Under the pieces are notes generated by a model. It was not told where the DNA came from and did not search any database. It saw only the letters and a list, made by a program, of their open reading frames with translations. Of a stretch of 64,000 nucleotides of DNA, positions 56,045-64,000 are shown one piece after another. Numbering within the stretch: position 1 is the stretch's first letter; each line of letters opens with the position of its first letter. The DNA is from a candidate division WOR-3 bacterium (GTDB lineage: Bacteria; Hydrothermota; Tepidihabitantia; Tepidihabitantales; Tepidihabitantaceae): contig CBFGKH010000008.1 of assembly GCA_965649295.1 (NCBI GenBank), forward strand, positions 1 through 64,000. The letters are read 5' to 3'. The position numbers were made by a program, and so were the translations under genes.

Positions 56045-57562
56045 ATGACACGCCTGCCAGAACACGAATACAAACTCATCACCGCCCTTACTGTCGCGCC
56101 ATCCCAGTCGGTTTCCGACCTCGTTGCCGCAACCGAGCTCGACCAGTCGCTGATTATGGCTGGTGCAACCCGACTGGCCGGAGCCGGTCTGCTAACGATA
56201 ACTGAACAGGAGTACGAGGAGTTTTCCCTGACCGACGCTGGTGTCGCCGCCGTGGCTGCCGGTCTGCCCGAGCGCCGAGCGCTCACCGCCATCCAGGCCA
56301 ATGGCGGCAGCGTCGCCTTTGCTGAGCTGGGACGGTTGCTCGGCCAGGCCGATACTCGAACCGAAGTAAAGTGGCTGACAAAGAAGGGCTGGTGCCAAAA
56401 AGACGGAGGCATGTTGCGGCTGAGCGATAAGGCGGCCGCTGCCCTGAACCAGCCTGGCGAGGACGAGCGCCTGCTAGCGGCCCTGGCCGAGCGCGGTCGG
56501 GCCACCGAGGAAGAGCTGGCCCTGGCTGGCGTTGATGTCGCCGCTGGTCTGGCCCTGCTCGCCGGCCGCAACGAACTACTCAAGCGGCGCAAGCGAACAG
56601 TAAGAATCCTCAGCCTGACTCCGGCCGGCTATGAACTCGTCGCCGGCGGCATTGAGCCGGCCGCTGAGGTAAACCAGCTGACACCGGAACTGCTGGCGAG
56701 CGGCCGCTGGCGCGATGTCATCCTCCGTCGCTACGACGTGACCCTGCCTACCGCGCCCCGCTACCCGGGCAAGCCCCATCCGCTCCAGCGGGTGATTGCT
56801 GAGATCCGTCGCGCCTTCTTTGAGATGGGATTCGAGGAAGTCGCCTCGCCAATGATTGACACGGCGTTCTGGGTCTTTGATGCTCTTTTCCAGCCCCAGG
56901 ACCACCCGGCCCGCGAGATGCAAGACACTTTCTATCTGCGGGTGCCAGAGCGGGGCCGCCTACCCAGCGACGATGTTGTAAATCGCGTCGCTCGCACCCA
57001 CGAAGACGGCTGGGAGACCGGCTCAACCGGCTGGCGCTACCGCTGGAGCCGCCAACGAGCCGAGCAACTGGTCCTGCGCACACACACTACCGCTGCGACC
57101 ATTCGGGCCCTGGCCGCGAATCCCAATCCGCCGCGCAAGATATTCTGCATCGGGAAAACCTTCCGGCACGAGAACATTGACCAGACCCACCTGCCGGAGT
57201 TTATGCAGATTGACGGCATTATCATTGATGAACGGGCGACCTTTGCCGCCCTGCTTGGCACGCTGGCGGCGTTCTACAAGAAGATGGGCGCTGAGGAAGT
57301 GAGGTTCCGTCCGTCCTTTTTTCCCTACACCGAACCCAGCGCCGAAGTCTTTGCCCGGATGGGTTCACTTGGCTGGGTTGAGATGTGCGGGGCCGGGGTT
57401 TTCCGGCCCGAAGTAACGAGACCATTGGGCTGTCGGGTGCCGGTTCTTGCCTGGGGCGGCGGAGTCGAACGCATCGCCATGCTGCGCTTCGGCATCAACG
57501 ACATCCGGCAACTATACTGGTCAGACATCAACTGGCTGCGCGAGTCGGCCCTGGCCCGCTGA
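56045..57562 (+). CDS. pheS: Phenylalanine--tRNA ligase alpha subunit, archaeal/eukaryotic type
   Basis: 505 aa with long N-terminal extension (GLPERR), FDALFQPQDHPAREMQDTFY, LRTHTT, FPYTEPS, GAGVFRPEV. Confidence 0.95.
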   Translation: MTRLPEHEYKLITALTVAPSQSVSDLVAATELDQSLIMAGATRLAGAGLLTITEQEYEEFSLTDAGVAAVAAGLPERRALTAIQANGGSVAFAELGRLLGQADTRTEVKWLTKKGWCQKDGGMLRLSDKAAAALNQPGEDERLLAALAERGRATEEELALAGVDVAAGLALLAGRNELLKRRKRTVRILSLTPAGYELVAGGIEPAAEVNQLTPELLASGRWRDVILRRYDVTLPTAPRYPGKPHPLQRVIAEIRRAFFEMGFEEVASPMIDTAFWVFDALFQPQDHPAREMQDTFYLRVPERGRLPSDDVVNRVARTHEDGWETGSTGWRYRWSRQRAEQLVLRTHTTAATIRALAANPNPPRKIFCIGKTFRHENIDQTHLPEFMQIDGIIIDERATFAALLGTLAAFYKKMGAEEVRFRPSFFPYTEPSAEVFARMGSLGWVEMCGAGVFRPEVTRPLGCRVPVLAWGGGVERIAMLRFGINDIRQLYWSDINWLRESALAR

Positions 57563-57568
57563 ACCACC

Positions 57569-59362
57569 ATGCCCCTTGTCTCAATCCCTACCCGGCAACT
57601 GACCAAGCTGGTTGGCCGCGAGCTTAGTCGCGAGGAACTGGGCCAAGCGCTCGAGGCCCTAGGCAACAACGTCGAGGGCTTCACCTCGGTACGGCAGTTC
57701 CGCTGCCGCAAGTGCGGCGAACTCACCGAGGCCCTTGCCCACGAGAACTTCAACAACGTCTGCGATAGTTGCGGCTCTTCCGACCTGACCGAGGTCGGCA
57801 CAACCGAAGTCGTCCGCATCAGCCTGCTGCCGGTGCGACCGGACATGTTTGACGCTGCCGGCTTGGCGCGGGGCCTGCGCGGCTATCTTGGCATCGAAAC
57901 CGGACTGCCCCCTTACCAGTTCCCCGATTCGGGAATCAGTGTGCGGGTTGAGCCTGGTCTGGAGAACATCCGGCCGCATATCGTAGCTTGTGTTGTTCGT
58001 GGGGTGGTGATGGACGACGAGCTGGTCAAGACCATAATGAAGATGCAGGAGAACCTCCACTGGGCGCTGGGCCGTGACCGCCGTCGTGCCTCGATTGGGG
58101 TCTATGACCTGGACACGGTTCTGCCCAATTTCGTCTATCGGCCGGTCTCGCCGGACGGTGTCCGATTCGTGCCGCTGTTCGGGATGCCGGGCGACGAGCA
58201 GTCGGTCACGCCGCAACAGATTCTTCAACACCATCCCAAAGGGACCGCCTATCGGCACCTGCTCGATGGCCTGCCGTACTACCCACTGCTCTGCGACAGC
58301 CAAGACCGCGTCCTCTCCCTGCCACCGATTATCAACAGCGATGCGACCCGGGTCCGACCGACAACCCGCAATCTGTTCATTGATGTCACTGGCCCGGATA
58401 AGCAGGCCATTGTCAAGACCCTGGCGGTTATCGCTGCCAGTCTTGCCGACCTGGGAGCGAAACCAGAACGAGTCAGGATTATCTATCCTGATGGCCGCGT
58501 TGAGAGCACCCCGGACATGACACCGCAGCCGGCAACCCTTGACACTGCTGCTGCTCTGCGCGTGCTTGGTTGCGAACTCGAACCGGCCCAGATTGTCACC
58601 CTGCTGGCGAAGCTACGCTATGGTGCCAAGGTCGAAGGCGGACGAGTGGTGCTGGCAATCCCTGCCTACCGTGCCGACATCATGCACGAATGTGACATTA
58701 TCGAGGATGTCGCTATCGGCTACGGCTATGAGAATATCAAGCCCTATCTCGTGCCAACCATGACCGTCGGCGCTCACCAGCCGATTGAGGAACTCGCCGA
58801 CCTCTGTCGGCGCGTCCTGACCGGGCTCGGATTCCTTGAAACGATGACGCTGGTCTTGACCAACGAACGCGAGCACTATGAGTTATTGCGGCAGCCGGTG
58901 CCAGCGCAACACATTCAGCTCGCCAACCCGGTAACAGTTGAACAGACGATGCCACGCGGTCAACTGCTGACCGGCCTACTGAACACGTTTCGCATCAACG
59001 TCGCCCGAGAGATGCCGCAGCTAATCTTTGAAGTTGGCGACTGCTGTGAGCTTGCCGCTGCTGCCGAGACAGGCATCAGTACAACCCGCAAGCTCGGCGC
59101 CGGTATCGCCGGCCCTAAGGCCGGCTATGCCGATGCCCGCGCCACCTGCGAGGCGTTGGCGCGAGAGCTTGGTCTCGGCTGCCGATTTGAGCCATTGGAA
59201 GCAGCCGAGTTTATCCCTGGCCGCGGTGCCAGGGTAATGGCCACCAAGAACGGCGCTGAATTCGAATGGGGCCGGGTGGGCGAGATTCACCCGGAAGTAT
59301 TGGGAAACTTCGGTATCAACCAACCGGTAAGTGTTTTCGAGGTTGATCTTGGCCGATTGTAA
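57569..59362 (+). CDS. pheT: Phenylalanine--tRNA ligase beta subunit, archaeal/eukaryotic type
   Basis: 597 aa, RPDMF, QENLH..LGR.R..ASIGVYD, LSLPPIINS, YRADIMH..D..EDVAIGYGY, GEIHPEVL. Confidence 0.93.
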   Translation: MPLVSIPTRQLTKLVGRELSREELGQALEALGNNVEGFTSVRQFRCRKCGELTEALAHENFNNVCDSCGSSDLTEVGTTEVVRISLLPVRPDMFDAAGLARGLRGYLGIETGLPPYQFPDSGISVRVEPGLENIRPHIVACVVRGVVMDDELVKTIMKMQENLHWALGRDRRRASIGVYDLDTVLPNFVYRPVSPDGVRFVPLFGMPGDEQSVTPQQILQHHPKGTAYRHLLDGLPYYPLLCDSQDRVLSLPPIINSDATRVRPTTRNLFIDVTGPDKQAIVKTLAVIAASLADLGAKPERVRIIYPDGRVESTPDMTPQPATLDTAAALRVLGCELEPAQIVTLLAKLRYGAKVEGGRVVLAIPAYRADIMHECDIIEDVAIGYGYENIKPYLVPTMTVGAHQPIEELADLCRRVLTGLGFLETMTLVLTNEREHYELLRQPVPAQHIQLANPVTVEQTMPRGQLLTGLLNTFRINVAREMPQLIFEVGDCCELAAAAETGISTTRKLGAGIAGPKAGYADARATCEALARELGLGCRFEPLEAAEFIPGRGARVMATKNGAEFEWGRVGEIHPEVLGNFGINQPVSVFEVDLGRL

Positions 59363-59371
59363 GGAGGCGAT

Positions 59372-59947
59372 ATGCCAAGGTGTCCACATTGCGGTGAGCC
59401 GGTAGGGGCCAACCAGGAACGCTGTTTCGCCTGTGGCCAGCCCATCCGCAGTCGGGACCTGCGGATTGAGCAGGGCACCAACCCGCTGGTCTTTATCATT
59501 GGCGGCGCAGCCGTGCTGGTCGCCATCGTCGCCGCGGTCATCGTCACGATCAACGCCAACCGCCGCCACGCTCAAGAAATGGAGGCACTGCGGCTGAAGC
59601 AGATTCAGGACTCAGTTCGCAAGGCGAACCGGGCGATGCTCGATTCAGCCCGCGAGCAGCGGCGAACCGAGGCCGAGCAGAGCCTGCTCGCCCAACTTGC
59701 CGATGTCGAGGCGCGATTCAACGAGGTTCGCAGTCAGGTCATAAAAAAGCAACCTTCTTCCCAGCAGCAGTTCATTATCAACAAGTTTCAGGCCGAGATT
59801 GTCCGACTGCGCGGGCTGGCGAATACGATTGGGTCGGCACCGCCTGACAAACGTCGCCAACTTCAGGAAGAACTGCGCGATGGCACGCGGAAGCTACGCG
59901 GCCTGGTCACCGACCTAAGCCGCGCTCCCAAGAGTAAGGACCAGTAA
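59372..59947 (+). CDS. Zinc-ribbon, TM and coiled-coil protein
   Basis: CPHCG...CFACG, one TM, helical C-terminus; AAGGAGG RBS. Confidence 0.75.
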   Translation: MPRCPHCGEPVGANQERCFACGQPIRSRDLRIEQGTNPLVFIIGGAAVLVAIVAAVIVTINANRRHAQEMEALRLKQIQDSVRKANRAMLDSAREQRRTEAEQSLLAQLADVEARFNEVRSQVIKKQPSSQQQFIINKFQAEIVRLRGLANTIGSAPPDKRRQLQEELRDGTRKLRGLVTDLSRAPKSKDQ

Positions 59948-59968
59948 CGCTAGCTAGCCTGCGCCCGC

Positions 59969-60475
59969 TCAGAAGGGCGCGAAATGGGCCTCGTGCCAGT
60001 AGGATTCGAGCAACTGGCTTTGCTGGCGGCGGATGGCGGCGGCGTGGTTCTCTTCCCACCGAACAAGAGCACTAAAGAACCGTTGCGCTTCCGGCTCCTC
60101 GACCTGCCCCAGCAGGTTACGGTATTGGGTGATGCTGGCGAGCTCAAGTTGGAGCCCAACGGCCAGCGCCGTCATCTCCCAGTGAGCCTCAGCAATGCGC
60201 GCTCGCAGCTCAGCGGAGAAGATTGGGTTTTCACCGCCAAGCTCTGCGCCAGCAGCGTTCAGCAGCCAGTTCGGCTGACGACCGGCAATCAGCTCACCGT
60301 ATTGCTGTTTGAGATATTCAAGGTGCTGAACTTCCTCGCTGGCAAGCTGCTGAAAGACATCCCGTCCTTTAGGATCAATCGTCTTGGCTGCGGCCGCTGT
60401 ATAGAATTCGTTGCCGGCCTGCTCGGCCAGGATTGCCTGCTTCAGCCCGGCAATCAGCAGCTCAGGATTGCCCAC
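59969..60475 (-). CDS. Ferritin-like (rubrerythrin-type) protein
   Basis: AI..E..G..FY, LA.EE..H, E..SI..Y, L...E..H. Confidence 0.85.
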   Translation of the reverse strand: MGNPELLIAGLKQAILAEQAGNEFYTAAAAKTIDPKGRDVFQQLASEEVQHLEYLKQQYGELIAGRQPNWLLNAAGAELGGENPIFSAELRARIAEAHWEMTALAVGLQLELASITQYRNLLGQVEEPEAQRFFSALVRWEENHAAAIRRQQSQLLESYWHEAHFAPF

Positions 60476-60857
60476 TTTCTGGTTGCACCTCGCGCTTGAG
60501 CAGTTCGTCGATCTTGCCGAGCAGCTCCTCAGGCTTAACCGGCTTGTGAACAAATGCATCGGCGCCCGCCTGATAGGCTGCGACCTCGTCCTTCTCGCTG
60601 GCCCGGGCCGAGCATACCACAATCGGCAGATGCTTTTTCTGGGTGCGCCGCAGCATCGTGCAGGTCTCATAGCCATCCATGCCCGGCATCAGAAGGTCCA
60701 TCACCACCAGGTCTGGTCGGTCGTTCTGAACCATCTTCAGGGCAATCCTGCCGTCGGGCGCAATGGAGACCCGATAACCTGCGCTCGTAAGCAGTTTCTC
60801 CATGTAGATCTGAATCGGCCGTTCGTCCTCCACTACCAGGATGTGCTTCTGCTCCAT
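60462..60857 (-). CDS. Single-domain response regulator
   Basis: ILVVEDE, PDLVVMDLLMPGMDG, GAD....KP. Confidence 0.93.
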   Translation of the reverse strand: MEQKHILVVEDERPIQIYMEKLLTSAGYRVSIAPDGRIALKMVQNDRPDLVVMDLLMPGMDGYETCTMLRRTQKKHLPIVVCSARASEKDEVAAYQAGADAFVHKPVKPEELLGKIDELLKREVQPESGQS

Positions 60858-60998
60858 GGGTTCAGGATAAGGCCCGCCAGCAGCAAGTCAAGCCCACGCA
60901 GCGTGGATTGGTGCTGAGCAACCCCGTGCTGGCAGCCAGCCGATTGACGCCCGGCCTACTGCCGGCTACGCTATCTTGCCACCAACAAAGGAGAACCC

Positions 60999-61937
60999 GT
61001 GCGATTCATCTTATTGCTGAGTACGCTCACCGCGCTGGTGCCGGCAGCAGAGATTCTGGTCTGGAACTACGACACCCTTGACCGTTTTTATGACCCCATC
61101 CGCAACGATTCGGTTGACTGTGCCTACTGGGTTGCCGAGCAGCTTCGGGCTGACGGCCACGCTGTTACCGTCCAGCCCGGTGCAGCGCTACCGCCATCCC
61201 TTACTGGGTTCGATGCTGTCTTCTGTCTGATGGGCTGGTACCGGTGCTGAGGCGACAACTGCACCATCGCTCAGGCTGAGCGAACCAAGCTGATTGACTA
61301 TCTAGAGGCCGGTGGCCCGGTCTATGCGGAAGGTGGCGACATCGGCTATTCTAATGCCACCACCAATATCTGGCCCTACTTCGGTGCCAGCTACCTAGCT
61401 GACGGCAATGCGGTCGGTAATGTCAGCTCCCTGACTGGCCGGCCCGGCACTTTCGCTGCCAGACTCCGCTTCGGTTATCCCTACAGCCAAGGTCCAGACA
61501 GCTATGTTGACGAGCTTGGTGCAGCCGCCGGCCAACTACTGCTGGCCGACCAGAGCTCGATCGGTCGCGCGGTGGTGCACCAGACCCCAACCTATCGTTC
61601 AGTCGTCGCCGCCACCATTGCCGGTGCCCTGTTGCCGACTGACCGTGGCGAGTTCATCAGTGCCTGTGCCCGCTACCTGGTAGAGGGACTCGGCATTGCC
61701 GACTATCAGCCCGCCAGCCGGCAGCAGCGCGCCGTACTGCCAACCAGCTCCGTTGCGGCTGGCAGCGAGCTGCGTCTTTGGGCGCCAGCAGACGCCGGCC
61801 AGCTCTACGATGTGACCGGTCGAGTCATCGGCACAATTCGGGCCGGCGCCACAACCATCGCCACTCAGGGGCTACCCAACGGTGCCTACTTGGCCTTGTT
61901 CGGCGGCACGACTCTTCGCTTCGTAGTAGCAAAGTAA
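60999..61937 (+). CDS. Secreted protein with in-frame TGA at 61248-61250 (probable selenocysteine) and T9SS-like tail, 312 aa
   Basis: ORFs 60999-61250 and 61572-61937 share a frame with no other stop between them; WYRC-U-GDNC; signal peptide and LYDVTGR...LPNGAY...RFVVAK tail. Confidence 0.75.
61267..61283 (+). promoter_or_regulatory. SECIS-like hairpin
   Basis: TCGCTCA-GGC-TGAGCGA starting 16 nt after the TGA, with a G-led loop. Confidence 0.55.
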
Positions 61938-61988
61938 CAAATGCCGCCAGCCCGGCATCGGTCGGGCTGGCGGCGCCTGCGCTCAAAA

Positions 61989-63110
61989 CTACAACGGTTT
62001 TTCCATCACCCGGTAGCGCTTATAGACCTCGGCGCCAAGCTCACGGTCAAAGTCATTAATCAGTCGGTTGTCCTCAAGATTCCAAGAAAGCTCGCACCAC
62101 TGGTAACCCTTCTTGCGGCCATAAAGCTCGGTCTCATAGAAGAGCAGTACCGGCAGCCCGAGCCGGCGATACTCCTGCTTGAACCCAAAGACGAGTGCCC
62201 GCACTCCGGTAATCCGATTCTTGTAATAGAGGAACTTCAGTATCTCCAGTGGCCCAAACCGACCCCCGAGCCGCGCGAGAATCTGGTTCATATCCGGCAA
62301 GGTGATAGAGAGACCGGCTGGCTTGCCGTCGTAGAACGCCAGCAGCACCATTCCCGGGTCAGCAAAACTCTTCAGGTTCTTAGCCAGCAGGTCCATCTCC
62401 TTATCGGTCATCGGTGAGAAACCCCAGTTCTGCTCCCACGAGGCGTTATACAGCTCCTTGATTATCCGCATCTCATTCGCCAGGTCCTTCATATTCACCG
62501 GCCGCACTGTAATCCGCGGGTTCTCCCGCAGTTTCAGGGCCAGCGTGACCAGCCGTTCTGGCATCGGTTTCGAACTGTATTTGATGAACGCCAGCAGGTC
62601 CTTGGCTTTAGCCAGCCCCCAGTTCTCGGCCAGTTTGAGGTAGTAAGGCGGGTTGTAAGGCATCATCAAGACCGGTGGCCGGTCAAAACCCTCAAGCAGA
62701 AAACCCCACTCATCATTCGACGACGGCGACATCGGCCCGCGCAGCACCGTCATGCCCTGAGACTTGACCCAGTCGGCTGCGGCATCAAAGAGAGCGTTCG
62801 CCACCTCTTGGTCGTCAACCGTCTCAAAGAACCCAAACGACCCGAGCTTCTCGTTCCAGAGGTTGTTGTAGTTGTCGTCAACCTGGGCGCTAATCCGGCC
62901 CACCACCTGATTGTTACGTCGGGCCAAGAAAAGCTCGCGCCGGGCGTGCTCCCAGAACGGATGATGCTGGTCAAGAATTGCCCGCACTTCCTTTTTCAAG
63001 GGTGGCACCCAGTTGGGGTCGCCGCGATAGAGCCGGAACGGCAGGTCAATGAACTGCCGGAGGTCGGCTTCGGTCTGGACGGGGGTGATGGTAACCACAG
63101 CTAGCTGCAC
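61989..63110 (-). CDS. GNAT-fold N-acetyltransferase (YghO-like)
   Basis: DPNWVPPL, GRISA, FGFFE, MPYNPPYY, NWGFSP, ELSWNLEDN. Confidence 0.85.
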   Translation of the reverse strand: MQLAVVTITPVQTEADLRQFIDLPFRLYRGDPNWVPPLKKEVRAILDQHHPFWEHARRELFLARRNNQVVGRISAQVDDNYNNLWNEKLGSFGFFETVDDQEVANALFDAAADWVKSQGMTVLRGPMSPSSNDEWGFLLEGFDRPPVLMMPYNPPYYLKLAENWGLAKAKDLLAFIKYSSKPMPERLVTLALKLRENPRITVRPVNMKDLANEMRIIKELYNASWEQNWGFSPMTDKEMDLLAKNLKSFADPGMVLLAFYDGKPAGLSITLPDMNQILARLGGRFGPLEILKFLYYKNRITGVRALVFGFKQEYRRLGLPVLLFYETELYGRKKGYQWCELSWNLEDNRLINDFDRELGAEVYKRYRVMEKPL

Positions 63111-63198
63111 CTACTCTAATCCCGAGCATACCAGCTTGTCAACACTGGCCTAGGCCAGTCAGCTTGACCCCGGTCAGCCAAAACCTATACTCAGGAAG

Positions 63199-63819
63199 AT
63201 GCCGGCCATCAGAAATGAACCGTCCCACCGCCTGCTTATCAATCTAACCGCAACCGAGCTTGAGCGACTGGCCCGCCGCGCGCGGCTGCCGGTCCCCAAG
63301 CCTGTATCCCGCGCCCGACTTATCAACCTAATCGCGTCTGGGCTCGTCACCGACGACATTGTTGAACACCTACACCGGCTCTTTCCCCGTCCCCGGTCGC
63401 GACCGGCACCAAACCGGCTCGACCGACTGCTGCCGCTGCACGGTGCCGCAACGGTCCAGACCAGCACCAAGTCCGGCAGCGGGCTACTGCTCCTTGACTT
63501 TGGTAACAACTGCCGGGCGGTTCGGCTCAGTAGCACCGCCCTGTTCCTTGAGAACCGCTGGCCGGTCTTTGCCACCGACGCTGGCCTGGTTCCCCGCACT
63601 CGGCTCTACGCCGCCTTTGTCAAACCGGGCCGGCTCCATCCGGCTGCCGAAGTCGCGCCTGGTCGGTCCCGGCCGTTCATCCTTGACGAAGGCGAATACC
63701 AGTTGCGCAACGGCCGGCTGCGGATGGAACTTGTCCACGCCGGGCCAATCTCTTTTCTGGTTGTCTTCCTGCGTGCTAGCGGCGAGCGCACCGACTATCT
63801 CTTTGAGCCAATTGCCTGA
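63199..63819 (+). CDS. Hypothetical protein
   Basis: ATG 7 nt after TTGACC-16-TATACT; no recognised motif. Confidence 0.55.
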   Translation: MPAIRNEPSHRLLINLTATELERLARRARLPVPKPVSRARLINLIASGLVTDDIVEHLHRLFPRPRSRPAPNRLDRLLPLHGAATVQTSTKSGSGLLLLDFGNNCRAVRLSSTALFLENRWPVFATDAGLVPRTRLYAAFVKPGRLHPAAEVAPGRSRPFILDEGEYQLRNGRLRMELVHAGPISFLVVFLRASGERTDYLFEPIA

Positions 63820-63849
63820 GTCTCGGCCTAGTTCGCTGCGAAAGGGCTG

Positions 63850-64000
63850 ATGCTCGGCCTACTGCTCCTGGCGGTTGCGCCATCCATCGCCCTCTTCATC
63901 TTCTTCTACGCCCGCGACCGCTACCGCAAGGAACCCTGGCGTAACCTTATCGTGACCTTCCTTTACGGCGCCCTTTCCCTAGGCCCGGCTGCTCTCACCT
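63850..64000 (+). CDS. PrsW family intramembrane protease, 3'-partial
   Basis: MLGLLLLAVAPSIALFIFFYARDRYRKEPW...F..G, typical PrsW N-terminus. Confidence 0.8.
   Translation, partial: MLGLLLLAVAPSIALFIFFYARDRYRKEPWRNLIVTFLYGALSLGPAALT

Noticed and set aside
60476..60676. N-terminal extension of the ferritin-like ORF
   Set aside because: It overlaps the response regulator in another frame; GTG 60475 gives a normal-length protein.
61248..61250. Genome-wide TGA recoding (genetic code 4 or 25)
   Set aside because: Many genes here end normally at TGA (e.g. DUF499, pheS, fabF, topA), so readthrough must be site-specific.

Overview
GC-rich bacterial chromosomal window. Several secreted proteins end in T9SS-like C-terminal sorting tails and the PheRS is archaeal-type, which suggests an FCB-associated lineage such as candidate division WOR-3 (inference). 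Most of the window is housekeeping: topA, acpS/acpP/fabF, coaE, hisS, pyrRBC, pheST, lysC, scpB, an arn/gtr-like sugar-modification cluster and an ECF sigma/anti-sigma/Spy locus. The left end is the tail of a DUF1156 methylase plus HEPN-DUF499 ATPase defence locus. Strongest oddities: (1) a 123-aa protein resembling the SIRV2-type (rudivirus/Adnaviria) DNA-wrapping coat protein, placed behind a divergent ECF-like sigma factor with no other viral genes; (2) a secreted protein with an in-frame Cys-TGA-Gly followed by a SECIS-like hairpin, probably an unannotated selenoprotein; (3) a four-helix-bundle gene lying entirely inside the still-open reading frame of the DUF1156 methylase; (4) a GxxExxY gene bracketed by inverted repeats, with empty or relic copies elsewhere; (5) a methylase-less nuclease islet with two C-controller genes and C-box operators; (6) a candidate stand-alone ncRNA and a degenerate 12-nt periodic array. 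Family assignments come from motif recognition by eye; no searches were run. No rRNA, tRNA or CRISPR array was seen.
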